Below the pieces are notes generated by a model, which made no database searches, had not been told where the DNA came from, and was given only the letters and a program-made list of their open reading frames with translations. A stretch of 64,000 bases of DNA from Octopus vulgaris (Eukaryota), in NCBI GenBank assembly GCA_951406725.2, contig OX597819.1, positions 114,824,001-114,888,000 of the forward strand, read 5' to 3'. Shown piece after piece: positions 59,225 through 64,000 of the stretch. Made by a program: the position numbers and the translations under genes. The stretch's first letter is position 1. Every line of letters begins with the position of its first letter.

Positions 59225-59290
59225 TCCTGCGCATGAGGGAACTCTCGGCGGCCTACCGGAAGTTATCCAATTCTGCGCATGCGTGCTGAA
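59225..59290. promoter_or_regulatory. Housekeeping-type promoter-like motif cluster (duplicated at ~61680-61740)
   Basis: TGCGCATG (59228), CCGGAAGT ETS site (59256-59263) and TGCGCATGCG NRF1-like site (59274-59283), in a locally CpG-rich patch. Confidence 0.55.
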
Positions 59291-62200
59291 ACTTCACAGT
59301 AGCGTCACTACACAATCATACACACAGCTTCAGAGGTGAAAATACTAAAAACGAAAATAGGGGTAGGCTATGTGGAAAAAGTAATCATAAAATTGAGGTG
59401 GATATTCATACTCACTGTGCAGGAGATTGTTAGTGGGTTACAAGAAAGATGTTCCCCATGTTGTTGAATTCTTTACAACAGTGTTAGTTCACAGCTGATG
59501 GAGAATTGGTCAAGTAAGTTGAGGTGATTAGCAATGGATCTGAGGCTTCTCAGTGCATCAGTTAAGACATACTATGAAGCAATCACCCACATGATGGCTA
59601 GTTTTACCTCTATACAAAGAATTGCAGAGAGGACATACTGTAGTGTATTGTAATTTGTTTGAAGCATTGCAGTTCATAAATGGAAAAAAACTTTTTGAGC
59701 AATGCAGGTGAGAAGTTAGGTAAAATATATAAGGTTATATTCAGTTACTGCTACCCTTATATAATGCTAGGTAGCCATGTATCTTCTCTATTGCAAAATT
59801 ACACTTTAACTGCCCAACTTCCCCACCATCAAATAGTCCCACCTCATACTTGTCAAGCAGGCTTTTTCTTTTGTCTTGTTTTCTTGTCTTGCAAGTTACT
59901 CACTGACTGCACTAGTACCAGTAATATTAAAAAAAAAAAACACTAAAGTGGTTGGCACTTCAGAATAGATTTCTGAGTTGTACATTTGTTTGGAGTATTT
60001 GCAGAATCAGTTCTTTCAAAAATTTTATTCTCTATTGTACTTTCTTCTTACATATATCTCATTCTATACTGTAACTATGACTTGCAATCACCCAACTTTT
60101 CTGCACTCAGTAGTTCTGCATTAATCATTTCAGTTCCGATGGTTAAATGCATCTGGCAAGTTCTGTTTTCAACTTGCAGCAATTCTTGAGATAACCTAAC
60201 ATGTCAGAGAATTGTTCAATGGATCTTGACATAAATAAATGAACAAACTATTTATGTAGACCATTGCTTTGCGAAACTTTGTGATGATAAATTGTGCTTC
60301 TATTTGCAAATCCTAAAATTGGATGCTTAGACATGTAAGGAGGAAATTTTAAACTGATTACAGTTAGGGGCTCTCCCTGCCATCTGCTACTGCTTTTGCT
60401 ATGTAGGATATCACCTGGACACTTCATTACTATTGTTTATCTCCTTGGAGATACCTCTTACTTATACTCACTACATGGCTACTCAGTGAGAGTAGCTATG
60501 TAGCTCCTCTACAACAAGAACTTGTTCTATTCCAACCTTAACCCCTGTCTAGTATACAGAACCTCCTTGGGTTTGTTGACTTCCAAGCTACATGGTGACC
60601 TAAATAGTGCCAGTGGAATATAAAAAAGCACTTGCTACACACTGTAGAGTGGTTGGCATTAGGAAGGGCATCCAGTCGCAGAAGCCATACAAAAGCAAAC
60701 ATTGGAGCATGATACAGTTCTTGATTCATTGGAGCATGATACAGTTCTTGATTCATTGGATCCTTGTCAAACCGGCCAACTAATTCCAGCATGTTTCATG
60801 GTAGAGACTTAAGAGTATGGGTTGGTTGATTGTTTGCTATGGTGGTTCAGATCACCTCAGAGTTAAGTTGTAAAATGCATGATTATTGTGCAACAATTGA
60901 ATTTGAGATGAGATTTTTTTCATCTTATTCTTTTATCTTTACAAGGTCAGTAAAATAAATACCACTAATACAGAAGGTTGCGGTGATTGTATTATTTTAA
61001 TGTCATTCTATATATCAGTGAATTAGTAGCACCATCTAGTGGCAATTTTCATAATGAGAAGAGTTTATAGACCTTTGAATAAGTTAAAATCTTGTGAGAA
61101 GCAGAAAATCTTTTGTTTTTTTGCTCTTCAAAACTAGAAAAAAAAAAAAAACTCAGAAAATAGAAGGCAACTGAAATCGGTGTTTTAAAACTAGTTTGAC
61201 TGACATCGTGGCAAATTCAGTGCAAACAAAGATAACAAATATGAAGACAGACGCATTAAAACAAATAACTATAAATGCAGAATAAGTGACAAGCACATAA
61301 CAAATATGCAATTGTAACAAGATGAGTTTCAGGAACACTGGTGGGGTGTCTGGTCTTATCTTGTCACATACAAGTTGAAGAAAAGGAACCAAAATTCTGG
61401 CTGTCTTCAATGACAATAAATAGTACTTTATTCTTTGGGTTCACTGGTAAAATATATACATATATATTTCTTATGGGTGAACCGGCAGCCAAGTACACAG
61501 GACTGTTTACAAGTGTTCACTTGGGTGAGCCAAGAAGATATGGTGTTCATTCCCACTTCAAAGAGAGAGCTTCTCTGTGTGTAGGGTTTTCCCTGAGAGA
61601 AGTTTTAGCCACGTCCGCTCATTAGGGCTGCTCTTCCAAAAAAACTGATCTAGTGGTTACGCTTTCAGGTTGCAGTTCCTGTGCATGAGGGAACTTTCGG
61701 CGGCCTACCGGAACTAATCCAATTCTGCGCATGCGCGCTGAAACTTCCACAGTAGCGTCACTACACAATCATACACACAGCTTCAGAGGTGAAAATACTA
61801 AAAACGAAAATAGGGGTAGGCTATGTGAAAAAGTAATCATAAAAGTGAGGTGGATATTCATACTCATTGTGCAGGAGATTGTTAGTGGGTTACAAGAAAG
61901 ATGTTCCCTATGTTGTTGAATTCTTTACAACAGTGTTAGTTCACAGCTGATGGAGAATTGGTCAAGTAAGTTGAGGTGATTAGCAATGGATCTGAGGCTT
62001 CTCAGTGCATCAGTTAAGACATACTATGAAGCAATCACCCACATGATGGCTAGTTTTACCTCTATACAAAGAATTGCAGAGAGGACATACTATAGTGTAT
62101 TGTAATTTGTTTGAAGCATTGCAGTTCATAAATGGAAAAAAAACTTTTTGAGCAATGCAGGTGAGAAGTTAGGTAAAATATGTAAGGTTATATTCAGTTA

Positions 62201-62529
62201 CTGCTCCCCTTATATAATGCTAGGTAGCCATGTATCTTTATTGCAAAATTACACTTTAACTGCCCACCATCAAATAGTCCCAACTCATACTTGTCAAGCA
62301 GGCTTTTCCTTTTGTCTTGTTTTCTTGTCTTGCAAGTTACTCACTGACCGCACTAGTACCAGTAATATTAAAAAAAAAAAACACTAAAGTGGTTGGCACT
62401 ACGAAAGACATCCCAACCATAGAAACTGTACTAGAGCTGACACTGGATTTTGATGCTAGTATGCAGCTTGCTGGAGCCTGCGAAACTGTCCAACCTATGC
62501 CAGCAGGGAAAATAAATATTGGATGATGA

Positions 62530-63300
62530 TATCAATAGATGAAAACAAAGAGGAAGGATATTGTAATTTCCTTAGATAGGAATTTATCACAAAATATAAT
62601 AGGATTATTAAACATCCTATTTCTAATAGAAGTAAAGTAATCAGTTTGGAGAAGTGTTTTGTAACTTGCAGGCTAGCAGGAATTGTTAGGTATGTTAACA
62701 GGAATAAATGGCATACATAAATGTCTGGTGTGATAAACAGGTCAAATATTATATCAGGGGTAAAAACAAATGGAGGTTCTGGGTTAGTTGTGACACGAGA
62801 ACTCCTGACTAGGTCACAAAAGCTTTTGTCCATTTTGAAGAAAATTGAGTGGAAGCTCAAGAAAGATAGGACAATTCGAAGGTCAAATCATAGGACAGAA
62901 GTGAGAGAGGATGGTGCACTGGTATGACTTGGTGGATAGTGAGTGGGAAAGGCATTTAATTTACAGGTGGACAGTAAAAGGCAATGTTGCAGCTGATGGT
63001 TTGGGCTTGATGGAAAGCTGTCTTAACGATGGGTTGAGGGTTATAGAAAGAGGATTTGAAGAACAGGTGAATAGTTAAAGGAAAGGGTGCAGCTTATGGT
63101 TTGGTTTCAATGGGAGTTTGAACTAACAATCGGTTGAAGACTACTTAGCAGTCAGTTGCAGCAATAGAAATGAGGAATTGTGTGAAGGATATGGCTTTCT
63201 TGATGTGCACAGGGGAGAGAGACAGAAATATCAAGATGGGATTGGTAATTGGTAGGTTTATAATAAACAATGGTAGAGCTATTATAGTTGTTGGTTCTTA
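62530..63300 (-). mobile_element. Possible old LINE relic
   Basis: Purine-skewed plus strand and a weak RT C-terminal-like peptide (FCDLVRSS) in ORF 62495..62860. No diagnostic motif. Confidence 0.25.
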
Positions 63301-64000
63301 ATTAGATATTAGAAAGTTATTTATTCAACCTACTCATTTAAAGCATTTTGATTTCTTTCAGTATTTTGTAATCAGCTGAGGAGTGAAACCTTACAGTTAT
63401 ACTCTTAACATAAGCCTAACTTCAATAGACATTTGTTTCAAGATTTTTATCTCCATTCATCTACCTTACCATACTGTTGAAATTTTATAGTGTTTCTCTC
63501 TCACATCTTGATATTTACACTGAAAATCCATTTAATGTATATGAAACTTCATGAATTGTTCTATATTCTCCCTGAAAGTCATTGGACAGCAGAACACTAG
63601 ATAATTTGGGTCTTGTGGGGGTACTTAACATATGGATTCATGGTGGCCCTAATGTTGAAGATTAGCTGCTGTTCTTCCTTGTGCTGACTTCAATTTGTTT
63701 GCTTGTATCCTCTGCATTCTTGTTAGACAGTACAAATTGAGTAGTGGTTCAATGGGGACCCTCACTATGAGAGTACTCCCTCAATTCAGCTTTCTAGGCT
63801 TTCTTAATGTTGAAGTATTCTTTTCTTAATTAATAGTTTTTTTTTTGATTTTAGACTTGCAGTGGCTGGTACTGCACCAGTTATTTGTTACAAAAGTATG
63901 ATCATATTTATACTCTGAAGAAAATTCAACTGTTCAGTGGTGATGAACATACAGAAAGAAATGTTGGGGTAAACTATGAGTGACTAAGGAGTAAGCTGCA

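Larger units (their letters stand above)
57535..62400. repeat. Direct tandem duplication of ~2.42 kb (57535-59959 and 59957-62400)
   Basis: ACTTCAGAATAGATTTCTGAG at 57535 and 59957; identical ORFs 57564..57767 and 59986..60189; ACT microhomology at the junction. Confidence 0.95.

Noticed and set aside
63855-63895. Possible 41 nt plus-strand exon (TTTTAG|...|GTATGA)
   Set aside because: Splice-like signals are common in AT-rich DNA, and there is no partner exon or recognisable peptide.

Overview
Eukaryotic, AT-rich, repeat-dominated DNA with no recognisable host protein-coding gene. The SINE/LINE repertoire looks cephalopod (octopus-like), which is an inference. 1.2-41.4 kb is a tandem array of ~1.8-3.5 kb units built from decayed CR1, RTE and SINE relics. 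One unit is interrupted, at a (TA)n tract, by a 17 kb composite insertion (6267-23350). This is a near-full-length RTE-clade LINE whose 5' end carries ~4.3 tandem ~594 bp TATA-box-containing monomers. One monomer holds two diverged, full-length L1/Tx1-clade retrotransposons inserted head-to-tail at the same 16-17 bp target (TTTTGAAGCGAGTGGG[G], present three times as target-site duplications), ~30 nt downstream of the monomer's TATA box and in the same orientation. This suggests a site-specific retrotransposon that targets, and may borrow the promoter of, another retrotransposon, and it is the main candidate for a new system. 43-55 kb is a nest of insertions in (TA)n tracts: a hammerhead-ribozyme segment, a Penelope-like element with pseudo-LTRs, an ORF1-only (HAL1-like) element with a 21 bp TSD, a CR1 LINE, and Tx1/RTE relics. 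57.5-62.4 kb is a 2.4 kb tandem duplication containing promoter-like (NRF1/ETS) and CTCF-like motifs. Every recognisable LINE/PLE coding remnant lies on the minus strand. No alignments, folding or database searches were run; all calls come from reading the sequence and the ORF track.
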